From: Candidatus Poribacteria bacterium
GTDB taxonomy: Bacteria > Poribacteria > WGA-4E > PCPOR2b
Assembly: GCA_965116925.1 (NCBI GenBank)
Contig: OZ220744.1
Location: 4,512,001 to 4,576,000 of the forward strand
Direction of reading: 5' to 3'
Length of the DNA stretch: 64,000 nucleotides
A program made the position numbers and the translations under genes. Below the pieces are notes generated by a model. It had not been told where the DNA came from, searched no databases, and saw nothing but the letters and a program-made list of their open reading frames with translations. Positions 55,361 through 64,000 of this stretch are shown in pieces. Each line of letters starts with the position of its first letter. Position 1 is the stretch's first letter.

Positions 55361-58156
55361 ATGAAACCCGAAGACAGAGCAAGACAGCACATTGACCAAC
55401 TGCTTACCAAAACAGGCTGGACGATCCAAGATCGAGAGCAGATGAATCTTGGCGCATCGCAGGGGGTCGCAGTACGTGAATATCCTATGTCCTCCGGCCC
55501 CACAGATTATCTGCTATTTGTTGACAGAAAAGCGATTGGGGCGATTGAAGCCAAACCGGAGGGCACAACCCTTGGCGGTGTAGCCGAGCAAACCGAGAAG
55601 TACCTCACCGGGATTCTACGCAACCTGCAATACTATCAAAACCCCCTACCGTTTGGTTATGAAAGCACGGGTGTTGAAACGTTCTTCCGTGATCTACGAG
55701 ATCCGGACTCCCGCTCCCGCCGCGTTTTTGCCTTCCACACGCCGGAGACCTTGTTACAGTGGATTAGGCAGCAACGAACATTACGAGACTATCTCCAGAC
55801 ACTGCCCATACTAGAACAGCAGGATTTACGAAATTGTCAGATCGAGGCAATCACCAATCTAGAGAAGTCATTTGCTGCAGATCGCCCACGCGCGTTAATC
55901 CAAATGGCAACTGGCAGCGGGAAGACATACACCGCCGTGAGTTTCGTCTATCGTCTAATCAAGCACGCAAAAGCCGAGAGAATACTATTTCTTGTTGATC
56001 GCAGCAATCTTGGAAGACAAACACTCAAAGAATTTCAGCAGTATACCACGCCGGACGATGGCAGAAAATTCACCGAGTTTTACGATGTGCAACATCTCAC
56101 TACTAACCAGATAGATAAGGTAAGTAAAGTTTGTATCACCACGATTCAGCGGTTGTATTCGATGCTAAAAGGAGATTCGGATTTTGATGAGGAGAACGAG
56201 AGTGAATCACTATTCAACGGTGACTTGGGGAATCAATCCGCTGCAGAGATAGAGTACAACCCCAATATTCCGATTTCGACTTTTGACTGTATCATCACCG
56301 ACGAGTGCCACCGCTCGATCTATAACCGATGGCGACCCGTGCTAGAGTATTTTGATGCCTTTATCGTAGGTCTCACCGCTACACCTTCAAAGCAGACACT
56401 TGGATTTTTCAATCAGAACTTGGTCACGGAGTACCCCCACGAGCGGGCGGTCGCCGATGGCGTGAATGTAGGGTATGATGTGTATCGCATCAAGACTGAG
56501 ATCTCGGAGACAGGCGGCGAGATCCCTCCCGGCTTTTACGTTGACAAAAGGGACAAACTCACCCGCAAGACCCGATGGGAGATGTTGGATGAGGAGATGG
56601 AGTACAGTGCGAATCAACTTGACCGTGATGTGGTGGCACCCGACCAGATTCGCAAAGTGATTCAAACCTTCCGAGATAACCTGTTCACAGAGATTTTTCC
56701 CAGCAGAAAGCATGTCCCGAAAACGCTCATCTTTGCCAAAGACGACTCCCACGCTGAGGACATACTGCGTATCGTCCATGAGGAGTTTGGAAAGGGCAAC
56801 GACTTCTGCAAAAAAATTACCTACCGCACGACGGGCGATACAGCGGAAAACCTGCTCGCCAGCTTCCGCAATTCATACAATCCACGCATCGCTATAACGG
56901 TGGACATGGTCGCCACCGGCACAGATATCAAGCCTTTAGAGTGTATCATCTTCATGCGAAACATCAAATCGCGGGTCTATTTTGAGCAGATGAAGGGCAG
57001 AGGCACGCGCACGATTTCATCAACAGATTTACACGGGGTCACTCCCGACACCCATCACAAAACCCGTTTCGTAATTGTCGATGCCGTGGGCGTTTGTGAG
57101 AATGACAAAACCGATTCCCGACCGCTTGAGCGAAAACGGAGCGTACCGTTTGATAAGTTGCTTGAGTCTGTGATGCTTGGCAATCGAGACCCCGATACCT
57201 TAACCTCGTTGGCGGGCAGGCTCGCACAGCTTGACCGTGAGATTGGAGACGATGAGCGAAAGCGAGTCACCGAAGTGTCAGGGGGTCTCTCCTTGCAGCG
57301 TATGATCCACACCTTGTTTGATGCGATGGATCCAGATAAAGATCAACAGCTAATCGGGTTGATCGCATCACCTACGGAAACCCTAGTACCGGAGCATATT
57401 CGGCTATTGCTTGAATCCCCCGCAGAATCTTTAACGCAGGAACAAATTCAGGAAAGAGCAGATTGGCTTATCATGGAGGCGTGTAAACCCTTCGATAACC
57501 CGGACTTACGCAATACGCTCATTGACCTCAAAAGGCAGCAGGAGCAGACAATAGACACCGTAAGCCAAGATAACGTCACCTTTGCGGGATTTGATCAAGG
57601 GGCAGAGGCGTGGGCAGAGCAGCGCGTGGAGAGTTTCAAACAGTTTATTGCAGAGAACAGGGATGAACTGACAGCGATCCAGATCCTCTACAGCAAACCG
57701 TACGGCCAGCGACATCTCACATATCAACAGGTTGAACAGCTCGCTGAAGCGATCAAAAAGCCACCGTATCGCTTAACAACAGCGGAGCTATGGCGGGCGT
57801 ACGAGCAGTTGGATCAACTGAAAGTTAAGGGAGCGGGACCAGACAAGTTGTTGACGGACATCATCTCGTTGGTTCGGTTTGCAATCGACGATACCGCAAC
57901 GCTTGAGCCTTATAAAGAGACCGTCGATCAACGGTTCCAAGAATGGCTCAATAATCAGGAGGGCTCATTTTCAGCAGAACAGATGGCGTGGTTGGAAATG
58001 ATAAAAGACCACATCGCTACATCGGTACGCATTGAGATAGATGATTTTGAGAACGTACCGTTTCAAGCAAAAGGTGGGGCAAGCAAGGTGTATGATCTAT
58101 TTGGCGATGCGCTATATACAATTCTTGAGACGTTGAATGAGGGTTTGGCGGCGTAA
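55361..58156 (+). CDS. hsdR: Type I restriction endonuclease subunit R (EcoEI-like)
   Basis: Nuclease motif DYLL...IEAK. Helicase motifs MATGSGKT, DECHR, LTATP, TGTD and QMKGRG.R. EcoEI_R_C-like C-terminus. Confidence 0.93.
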   Translation: MKPEDRARQHIDQLLTKTGWTIQDREQMNLGASQGVAVREYPMSSGPTDYLLFVDRKAIGAIEAKPEGTTLGGVAEQTEKYLTGILRNLQYYQNPLPFGYESTGVETFFRDLRDPDSRSRRVFAFHTPETLLQWIRQQRTLRDYLQTLPILEQQDLRNCQIEAITNLEKSFAADRPRALIQMATGSGKTYTAVSFVYRLIKHAKAERILFLVDRSNLGRQTLKEFQQYTTPDDGRKFTEFYDVQHLTTNQIDKVSKVCITTIQRLYSMLKGDSDFDEENESESLFNGDLGNQSAAEIEYNPNIPISTFDCIITDECHRSIYNRWRPVLEYFDAFIVGLTATPSKQTLGFFNQNLVTEYPHERAVADGVNVGYDVYRIKTEISETGGEIPPGFYVDKRDKLTRKTRWEMLDEEMEYSANQLDRDVVAPDQIRKVIQTFRDNLFTEIFPSRKHVPKTLIFAKDDSHAEDILRIVHEEFGKGNDFCKKITYRTTGDTAENLLASFRNSYNPRIAITVDMVATGTDIKPLECIIFMRNIKSRVYFEQMKGRGTRTISSTDLHGVTPDTHHKTRFVIVDAVGVCENDKTDSRPLERKRSVPFDKLLESVMLGNRDPDTLTSLAGRLAQLDREIGDDERKRVTEVSGGLSLQRMIHTLFDAMDPDKDQQLIGLIASPTETLVPEHIRLLLESPAESLTQEQIQERADWLIMEACKPFDNPDLRNTLIDLKRQQEQTIDTVSQDNVTFAGFDQGAEAWAEQRVESFKQFIAENRDELTAIQILYSKPYGQRHLTYQQVEQLAEAIKKPPYRLTTAELWRAYEQLDQLKVKGAGPDKLLTDIISLVRFAIDDTATLEPYKETVDQRFQEWLNNQEGSFSAEQMAWLEMIKDHIATSVRIEIDDFENVPFQAKGGASKVYDLFGDALYTILETLNEGLAA

Positions 58157-58166
58157 GGTAGGCACC

Positions 58167-58228
58167 TTGATATGTTTCTCAATGACTCTATAGTGTTATT
58201 AGCGAGAACTTAACAAAACGCTAATAAC
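58167..58228 (+). promoter_or_regulatory. Putative promoter and operator-like inverted repeat for fic-hsdS
   Basis: TTGATA, 16-bp spacer, then TATAGT, immediately followed by a perfect 10-bp inverted repeat gttattagcg/cgctaataac. Confidence 0.5.
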
Positions 58229-58312
58229 GCTGCGTCTTATTAGCAAAAATGCAAATAAAACTTGCAAAAATACAAATAAAATTTGTGTCTTATTAATGGA
58301 AAGTGACAAAAA

Positions 58313-59503
58313 ATGAACCCGGAAGACTTCAAAAATTCAACTGCTGGTAAATGCCTTCGTATAATAACCCAGCCTCCATATTGGGCTTATGTACCGAATC
58401 CACTCCCACCAAAAATCGAACTGGATTGGGATTTGGCGAGCCTGCTATCAGAAGCAGACAGTAGGCTTGGGGAGTTATCCGGTGCAGGTCAACTGCTTCC
58501 GAATCCACATCTGTTGATTAGACCATTTATTCGGCGTGAAGCTGTAACTAGTTCAAGAATTGAAAACACTCAATCCGGTTTGGACGACCTCTTTTTCTTT
58601 GAGGCGGATGAAACAGAACGACCTCCTATGTCCGATGTAACAGAGATTATCAACTATGTCCTAGCCATGGAATATGGAATTAAACGATTGGAGGATTTGC
58701 CGATTAGTTATAGGCTCATCTGTGAAATACACGAGATCCTAATGAAGGGGGTGCGGGGTGAAAATGCAACCCCGGGGCAAGTGCGAACGAGCCAAAATTG
58801 GCTTGGTAGCCCCGGATGTACTTTGATGGAGGCAACTTATGTTCCTCCGCCAGTGCCAGAAATGCAGCGGTGTTTTTCGGACTTGGAAAGATACATACAT
58901 TCCAACGCAAAAGGACCAGCACTAATCCAGTGCGCTCTGGTTCATTATCAGTTTGAAGCAATTCACCCTTTTGTTGATGGCAATGGAAGAATCGGTAGGC
59001 TTTTGATCACGTTTATGTTATTGGAAAGGAGCTTGCTATCGCAGCCTCTCCTGTATCTTTCCGATTTTTTTGAACAGCACAGGGACGAGTATTATAGATT
59101 GCTGCTGAACGTAAGCCAAAAAGGGGACTGGAAGGCGTGGATCACATTTTTCTTAAACGGAGTTCGTCAACAGTCAGAAGATGCCCTTTTGACGATTCAA
59201 AAATTGCGTGCTCTACAAAACCGATACAAAGAAATTGCAGTCGGTCAAAGGGTGCCAAAGATTGTAAATCACTTAATTGACTATCTGTTTGCAAGTCCTG
59301 TTATTTCAGTTTCAGCATTATCGAAGACTTGGGAAATAACGTATTCTACCGTTCAGCGAGGGGTGAACTACCTTATCGAAAAAGGCATACTCCAGGAAAT
59401 AACTGGAGGCCAGCGAAACCGTCTGTTTGTTGCACATGAGATATATAATATAATCATGACAGAGAGAACAAAATCAATGAATCCAAAGAAGGATGTGATA
59501 TGA
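58313..59503 (+). CDS. Class II Fic family protein with C-terminal winged helix
   Basis: Intact HPFVDGNGRIGR motif, N-terminal inhibitory motif SSRIEN and a C-terminal HTH. Confidence 0.93.
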   Translation: MNPEDFKNSTAGKCLRIITQPPYWAYVPNPLPPKIELDWDLASLLSEADSRLGELSGAGQLLPNPHLLIRPFIRREAVTSSRIENTQSGLDDLFFFEADETERPPMSDVTEIINYVLAMEYGIKRLEDLPISYRLICEIHEILMKGVRGENATPGQVRTSQNWLGSPGCTLMEATYVPPPVPEMQRCFSDLERYIHSNAKGPALIQCALVHYQFEAIHPFVDGNGRIGRLLITFMLLERSLLSQPLLYLSDFFEQHRDEYYRLLLNVSQKGDWKAWITFFLNGVRQQSEDALLTIQKLRALQNRYKEIAVGQRVPKIVNHLIDYLFASPVISVSALSKTWEITYSTVQRGVNYLIEKGILQEITGGQRNRLFVAHEIYNIIMTERTKSMNPKKDVI

Positions 59504-60936
59504 GCGAAACGGGTGTAGATTTATCTGAGTTGCCCGATGGGTGGGTATGGACGACGGTTAGAAGTGCTGTTGAGAAAGTGTCTCTAGGCAAAAAGAAACT
59601 TCAACAAAAAAACTATGAAACAGTAGGAAAGCTTCCGGTTATAGACCAAGGACTGTCTTTTATTGGTGGATATACTAATCATGAGGAACTAACAGTTGAG
59701 TGTCAGTTACCGATTGTAGTTTTTGGTGACCATACTAAGGCATTCAAGTATGTGGATTTTGATTTTGTAGCTGGTGCTGATGGAATAAAGGTGATTAGAC
59801 CTCAAGAAATGTACTATCCCAAACTGTTTTATTATTTTGCACGAGCAATTTCACTTCCAGAGAAAGGATATGCGAGACACTTTCAATTCCTAGAAAAGGC
59901 ACCAATTCCCCTTCCCCCACTTCCTGAACAACATCGCATCGTCGCCAAAATTGAAGAGCTTTTCACCAAACTTGATGCGGGCATAAACGAACTCCACAAG
60001 GCACAATCCCAACTCAAGCGCTATCGCCAATCCGTTCTGAAAGCTGCCTTTGAAGGCAAATTGACCGAAGAGTGGCGACTGGAACATCAAGACGAGATTG
60101 AACCTGCTTCTGTACTACTTGAGCGCATTCTCAAAGCGCGGCGCGAGAAGTGGGAGGCAGAGCAGCTTGAGCAGATGCAGGCAAAGGGGAAAATACTCAA
60201 AGATGATAGATGGAAGGCGAAGTATAAAGAACCTATTGCACCTGATACGAACAATCTACCCGAATTGCCAGAAGAGTGGACTTGGGCAACTGTTGAACAA
60301 CTCTTGACAAAAATCCAATACGGTTCCTCAAAAAAAACAGGTGATGATTCAAATGGTGTACCTGTGCTGAGGATGGGGAATATTGTTGACGGTAACATCG
60401 CTCCTGATAATCTGAAGTACCTCCCGAAAGAACACGATGAATTTCCAGAATTGTTGCTAAATAAAGGCGATTTGCTATTCAATCGCACAAATAGCCGTGA
60501 ATTAGTTGGCAAAACGGCAGTTTATACAGGAAACCCCAATCCATGTTCGTTTGCTTCATATTTGATTCGGGTACAGTTTAATCTACATATTGATTCGATG
60601 ATTGTAGCGTACTATATTAACTCCGTGTATGGTAAAAATTGGATTTTATCGGTCGTGTCTCAGCAGGCGGGGCAGGCAAATGTAAACGGCACAAAACTCA
60701 AACTTCTTGCAGTGCCTATGCTACCAGAAAAAGAGCAGCAGATCCTTGTCGAAGAAGTTGAACGCCATCTCTCCGCTGCCGACGAAGTAGAGAAAACCAT
60801 CACGGCGGAACTGAAACGCGCCGAGCAATTGCGGCAGTCCATTCTCAAAAAAGCCTTCTCCGGAAAACTGGTGCCGCAAGACCCGAACGATGAGCCTGTC
60901 AGCGTCCTGCTTGAGCGGATCAAAGCAGAGAAATAA
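59500..60936 (+). CDS. hsdS: Type I restriction-modification specificity subunit
   Basis: Two TRDs with conserved LPDGW.W/LPEEW.W, PLPPLPEQHRIV and RQS.LK.AF.GKL repeats. Confidence 0.93.
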   Translation: MSETGVDLSELPDGWVWTTVRSAVEKVSLGKKKLQQKNYETVGKLPVIDQGLSFIGGYTNHEELTVECQLPIVVFGDHTKAFKYVDFDFVAGADGIKVIRPQEMYYPKLFYYFARAISLPEKGYARHFQFLEKAPIPLPPLPEQHRIVAKIEELFTKLDAGINELHKAQSQLKRYRQSVLKAAFEGKLTEEWRLEHQDEIEPASVLLERILKARREKWEAEQLEQMQAKGKILKDDRWKAKYKEPIAPDTNNLPELPEEWTWATVEQLLTKIQYGSSKKTGDDSNGVPVLRMGNIVDGNIAPDNLKYLPKEHDEFPELLLNKGDLLFNRTNSRELVGKTAVYTGNPNPCSFASYLIRVQFNLHIDSMIVAYYINSVYGKNWILSVVSQQAGQANVNGTKLKLLAVPMLPEKEQQILVEEVERHLSAADEVEKTITAELKRAEQLRQSILKKAFSGKLVPQDPNDEPVSVLLERIKAEK

Positions 60937-60937
60937 A

Positions 60938-60966
60938 TTGCTTTTTGGTGAAAATTGTGTTATAAT
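60938..60966 (+). promoter_or_regulatory. Near-consensus sigma70 promoter
   Basis: TTGCTT, 17-bp spacer, then TATAAT with an extended TG, starting immediately after the hsdS stop. Confidence 0.6.
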
Positions 60967-61598
60967 TAGTGTGATTAAGTAATAATATTAGTGTGAATAG
61001 AATTTTATTATTTACAAGATTTACGCACTTGAGAGTTTTGACCTGTCAGGGACCTGCCAAATCCCTGACATTTGGCGAGGTTATGGCGACATTTCGGTGA
61101 AAAACGGTTCATAAATAGTGCGTATTTGGCAGGTCAAAAAGCCGTCTGCACGCTCCTTCTGTTGGGTGGTAAAAATCTACAAATGCTCTGAAGCTAGGCC
61201 CCATCAGGGTTCAAAGCGATACCGGCAAATGATGAACCCCTGATGTGAGGTTGAATTTTTTTTTGGACCTGCCAGGGCCCTGCCAAATTGCCGAATCGTA
61301 CGGGGGTGAGATGTAAATAGCGATACCGATTTGCTTCATTTTTTTTCTTGTATATTTTAGAAAAAGAACCTGATATAATGATTGTCAAGTAAAAAAACGC
61401 CCCCAAATGGCTGGATATTTAGAGAGATTTCTTTTTCTCAGATACCGCTGTCAATTGGGGTTGATCTGTATACCATCAGCATGATTGCAAAACTTTTTGG
61501 TTTTCTGGTTAGAGAGGCATATAGAAAAGAACTTAGTGGGATGTAAAATAAGGGCTTATCGGCATACCCATTTCCTGTATTCACGGTCGGTGAACGTT

Positions 61599-62678
61599 AT
61601 GGACAATAAATCAAAATCAATATCCGCGGTAGATCTATTTTGTGGGGTTGGTGGTCTGACATACGGGCTTGAGCAAGCCGGCATAAAGGTGAACGCGGGG
61701 ATTGACATTGACGAAACGTGCAAATATGCCTACGAGGAAAACAACGAGGCAGACTTTATCTGCAAAGACATCGCTTCAGTAACCGACGAATATCTCTCCT
61801 CGTTATACCCAGAAGGCGACATCAAACTGCTCGTTGGGTGCGCCCCATGCCAACCGTTTTCCTATCATATGCGCAAATTCAAAAATCAAATACCTGACGA
61901 TCGGTGGGGAATGCTCGCTAACATGCAGGAATTAATCAAGAAGGTTAAGCCTGAAATTGTCTCCATGGAGAATGTTCCACTCATCCAAAAACATCAGGTT
62001 TTTACAGATTTTGTTGATACGCTTGATGATTTAGACTATCAGGTTCATCATGAGGTAGTATACTGCCCCGATTATGGGGTGCCGCAGAAACGCCGCCGTC
62101 TTGTACTCATTGCTTCTAAGTTTGGAGAGATTGTCCCTCTTCCTAAAACGTACGCCCCCTCTGAGCAAAAGGGTTTGAAATCCTATCAGGTCGTCAAGGA
62201 TGCCATTGGTGGCCTCCCCGCAATCACAGACGGTCAAGTGTGTGACAAAGACCCTCTTCATCGGTCGCGGAACCTCTCGGTCCTCAACAAAGAACGGATA
62301 AAACAGTCCTCGCCCGGCGGGACGTGGTTAGATTGGGATACTGAGCTGCGTGCCCCGTGCCACCAGAAGGCATCAGGCGCAACTTACAAGTCTGTTTACG
62401 CCCGTATGGAATGGGATAATCTTGCCCCGACCATCACAACACAGTTTTATTCTTTCGGTACAGGGCGGTTCGGCCATCCCGAGCAAGACCGAGCACTATC
62501 ACTCCGAGAGGGGGCACTTCTGCAAACATTTCCTTCAGATTACGACTTTATAGACCCGGCTGTCTCTATCTCATTCACGCGCATAGGTGTCCATATCGGA
62601 AACGCAGTCCCTGTCCAACTCGCAACAGTTATCGGTCAAAGTATCCAAAAGCACTTGGAGGCGGTCAACTATGAGTGA
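61599..62678 (+). CDS. DNA (cytosine-5) methyltransferase, M.HgiDII-like
   Basis: DLFCGVGG, GCAPCQ, ENV, Q.R.R, GRFGHPEQDR and GNAVP motifs. Confidence 0.92.
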   Translation: MDNKSKSISAVDLFCGVGGLTYGLEQAGIKVNAGIDIDETCKYAYEENNEADFICKDIASVTDEYLSSLYPEGDIKLLVGCAPCQPFSYHMRKFKNQIPDDRWGMLANMQELIKKVKPEIVSMENVPLIQKHQVFTDFVDTLDDLDYQVHHEVVYCPDYGVPQKRRRLVLIASKFGEIVPLPKTYAPSEQKGLKSYQVVKDAIGGLPAITDGQVCDKDPLHRSRNLSVLNKERIKQSSPGGTWLDWDTELRAPCHQKASGATYKSVYARMEWDNLAPTITTQFYSFGTGRFGHPEQDRALSLREGALLQTFPSDYDFIDPAVSISFTRIGVHIGNAVPVQLATVIGQSIQKHLEAVNYE

Positions 62679-64000
62679 ACTCAAGTACGAAATGAGTATC
62701 AGCCTTAACGTCCTCAACCACCTTGGAATCAAACTTTACAGCAATGTGCCCGCGGTTTTGTCTGAGGTGGTTGCCAACTCTTGGGATGCCGACGCTTCAG
62801 AAGTTGATATTGAAATTGAGGATGGCAAAATCACCATCACTGATAATGGACACGGCATGACGTATGATGACATTAACAACAAGTACCTTACTGTTGGATA
62901 CGATCGCCGTGAGGAGGATAAGAAGCGGAATATGGTGCAAACCACCAACTACAAACGCCCCGTTATGGGGCGCAAGGGTATCGGGAAGCTATCTCTCTTT
63001 TCAATTGCCGATACTGTTGAGGTTCAGACCATTAGAGATGGGATAAAGAACGGCTTTGAGATGTCGGCGCGGAAGATTGAAAAACAAATTCGTGAACAAG
63101 GTGGCAATACCTATCACCCCGATTCGCTGCAGGATGACAAAATCACTCTTGATAGCGATGGAACGCGGATTGTCCTCACAGAACTAAAGAAACGAGTATA
63201 CCAAACCCCCATTGCCTTGAGAAAACGACTGGCGCGACGGTTCAGCATCATTGGAACAAAATATTTCACAGTTCGCATCAATGGCGATTCGGTTACAATC
63301 GCTGATCGTGACTACTTCCATAAACTCCACTATTTATGGCATTACGGCGAAGGAAGTGAGAAGTACGTAGATTTGTGCAACTCAAAAAAACTTGAATACC
63401 ACGAACCGGGAGATGGTCAAATTGGAGTAAAAGGAGAAGATAACACTGAGGTGGATAGATATCAAGTAACAGGTTGGATTGGCACGGTCAAAGAAGCACT
63501 AGATGTCAACGATCCCGATGACAACCTCAACAAAATCGTCATCATGGTTCGTGGGAAACTGGCACAGGAAGATATCCTTGAAGACTTTACTGAAGGTGGA
63601 TTATATACAAAGTATATCATCGGCGAAATCCACGCCGATTTCTTAGATCTTGATGACCAAGACGATATTGCAACAAGTAACCGTCAAGAGATTATCAAGG
63701 ATGACCCGCGATACGTAGCAATTAAGGACTGGGTTCAAGTCGCATTGAAAAATATTGAGAGTCAGTGGAGACACCGGCGTAAAGAAGCAGGGGCAAAAGA
63801 AGCCAGACGTATCCCTGCAATTGATGAATGGCTGAAGAGCTTGGATTCAGATAAGCGCAGGCAAGCAAAAGAAATGTTTGGAAAAATTGGTGAACTCACT
63901 TTGAAAGAAAAGGAGAGAATTGAACTATATAAGTATAGCGTATTAGCGTTTGAAAACCTTAGATACAAAGGCTCACTTTCTGCCCTCAATAATGTATCTC
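62671..64000 (+). CDS. GHKL (MORC/MutL-like) ATPase-domain protein, likely HgiDII-like restriction enzyme; truncated by window end and absent from the ORF track
   Basis: My translation gives MSELKYEMSISLNVLNHLGIKLYS...EVVANSWDA...DNGHGM...GRKGIGK. It overlaps the MTase stop by 8 bp. Confidence 0.88.
   Translation, partial: MSELKYEMSISLNVLNHLGIKLYSNVPAVLSEVVANSWDADASEVDIEIEDGKITITDNGHGMTYDDINNKYLTVGYDRREEDKKRNMVQTTNYKRPVMGRKGIGKLSLFSIADTVEVQTIRDGIKNGFEMSARKIEKQIREQGGNTYHPDSLQDDKITLDSDGTRIVLTELKKRVYQTPIALRKRLARRFSIIGTKYFTVRINGDSVTIADRDYFHKLHYLWHYGEGSEKYVDLCNSKKLEYHEPGDGQIGVKGEDNTEVDRYQVTGWIGTVKEALDVNDPDDNLNKIVIMVRGKLAQEDILEDFTEGGLYTKYIIGEIHADFLDLDDQDDIATSNRQEIIKDDPRYVAIKDWVQVALKNIESQWRHRRKEAGAKEARRIPAIDEWLKSLDSDKRRQAKEMFGKIGELTLKEKERIELYKYSVLAFENLRYKGSLSALNNVS

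Noticed and set aside
57355..57455. Weak 16-aa duplication in HsdR (LIASPTETLVPEHIR / LLESPAESLTQEQIQ)
   Set aside because: Diverged and in a variable linker region, so little functional inference is possible.

Overview
This is a gene-dense bacterial window with about 45 CDS. Gene content suggests a sponge-symbiont-type genome such as Candidatus Poribacteria; this is inferred from secreted WD40 proteins with dockerin-like and FlgD-like tails, a CRTAC1/ASPIC protein, three phytanoyl-CoA dioxygenase-family genes and many sugar-acid and propeller enzymes, and is not verified. From left to right it holds: a tricorn-like S41 protease and small genes; three tandem WD40 genes, two followed by out-of-frame dockerin remnants; catabolic gene runs (RspA/ManD-like, UxuA, PhyH, SelA-like, sialidase-like, Gfo/Idh/MocA); an AT-rich lipoprotein pair; one complete IS630 element; a dimethylformamidase-like gene; an amidohydrolase-Rieske-SDR-ThDP module; and a defence locus running off the right edge (hsdR, fic, hsdS, a structured non-coding spacer, a C5 methyltransferase and a GHKL ATPase) with no hsdM visible. 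Intergenic spaces are crowded with many GTAG-type REP palindromes and two families of miniature inverted-repeat elements whose conserved ends enclose different palindromic cargo. I recognised no rRNA, tRNA or CRISPR array. All family assignments come from motif recognition, not database searches.
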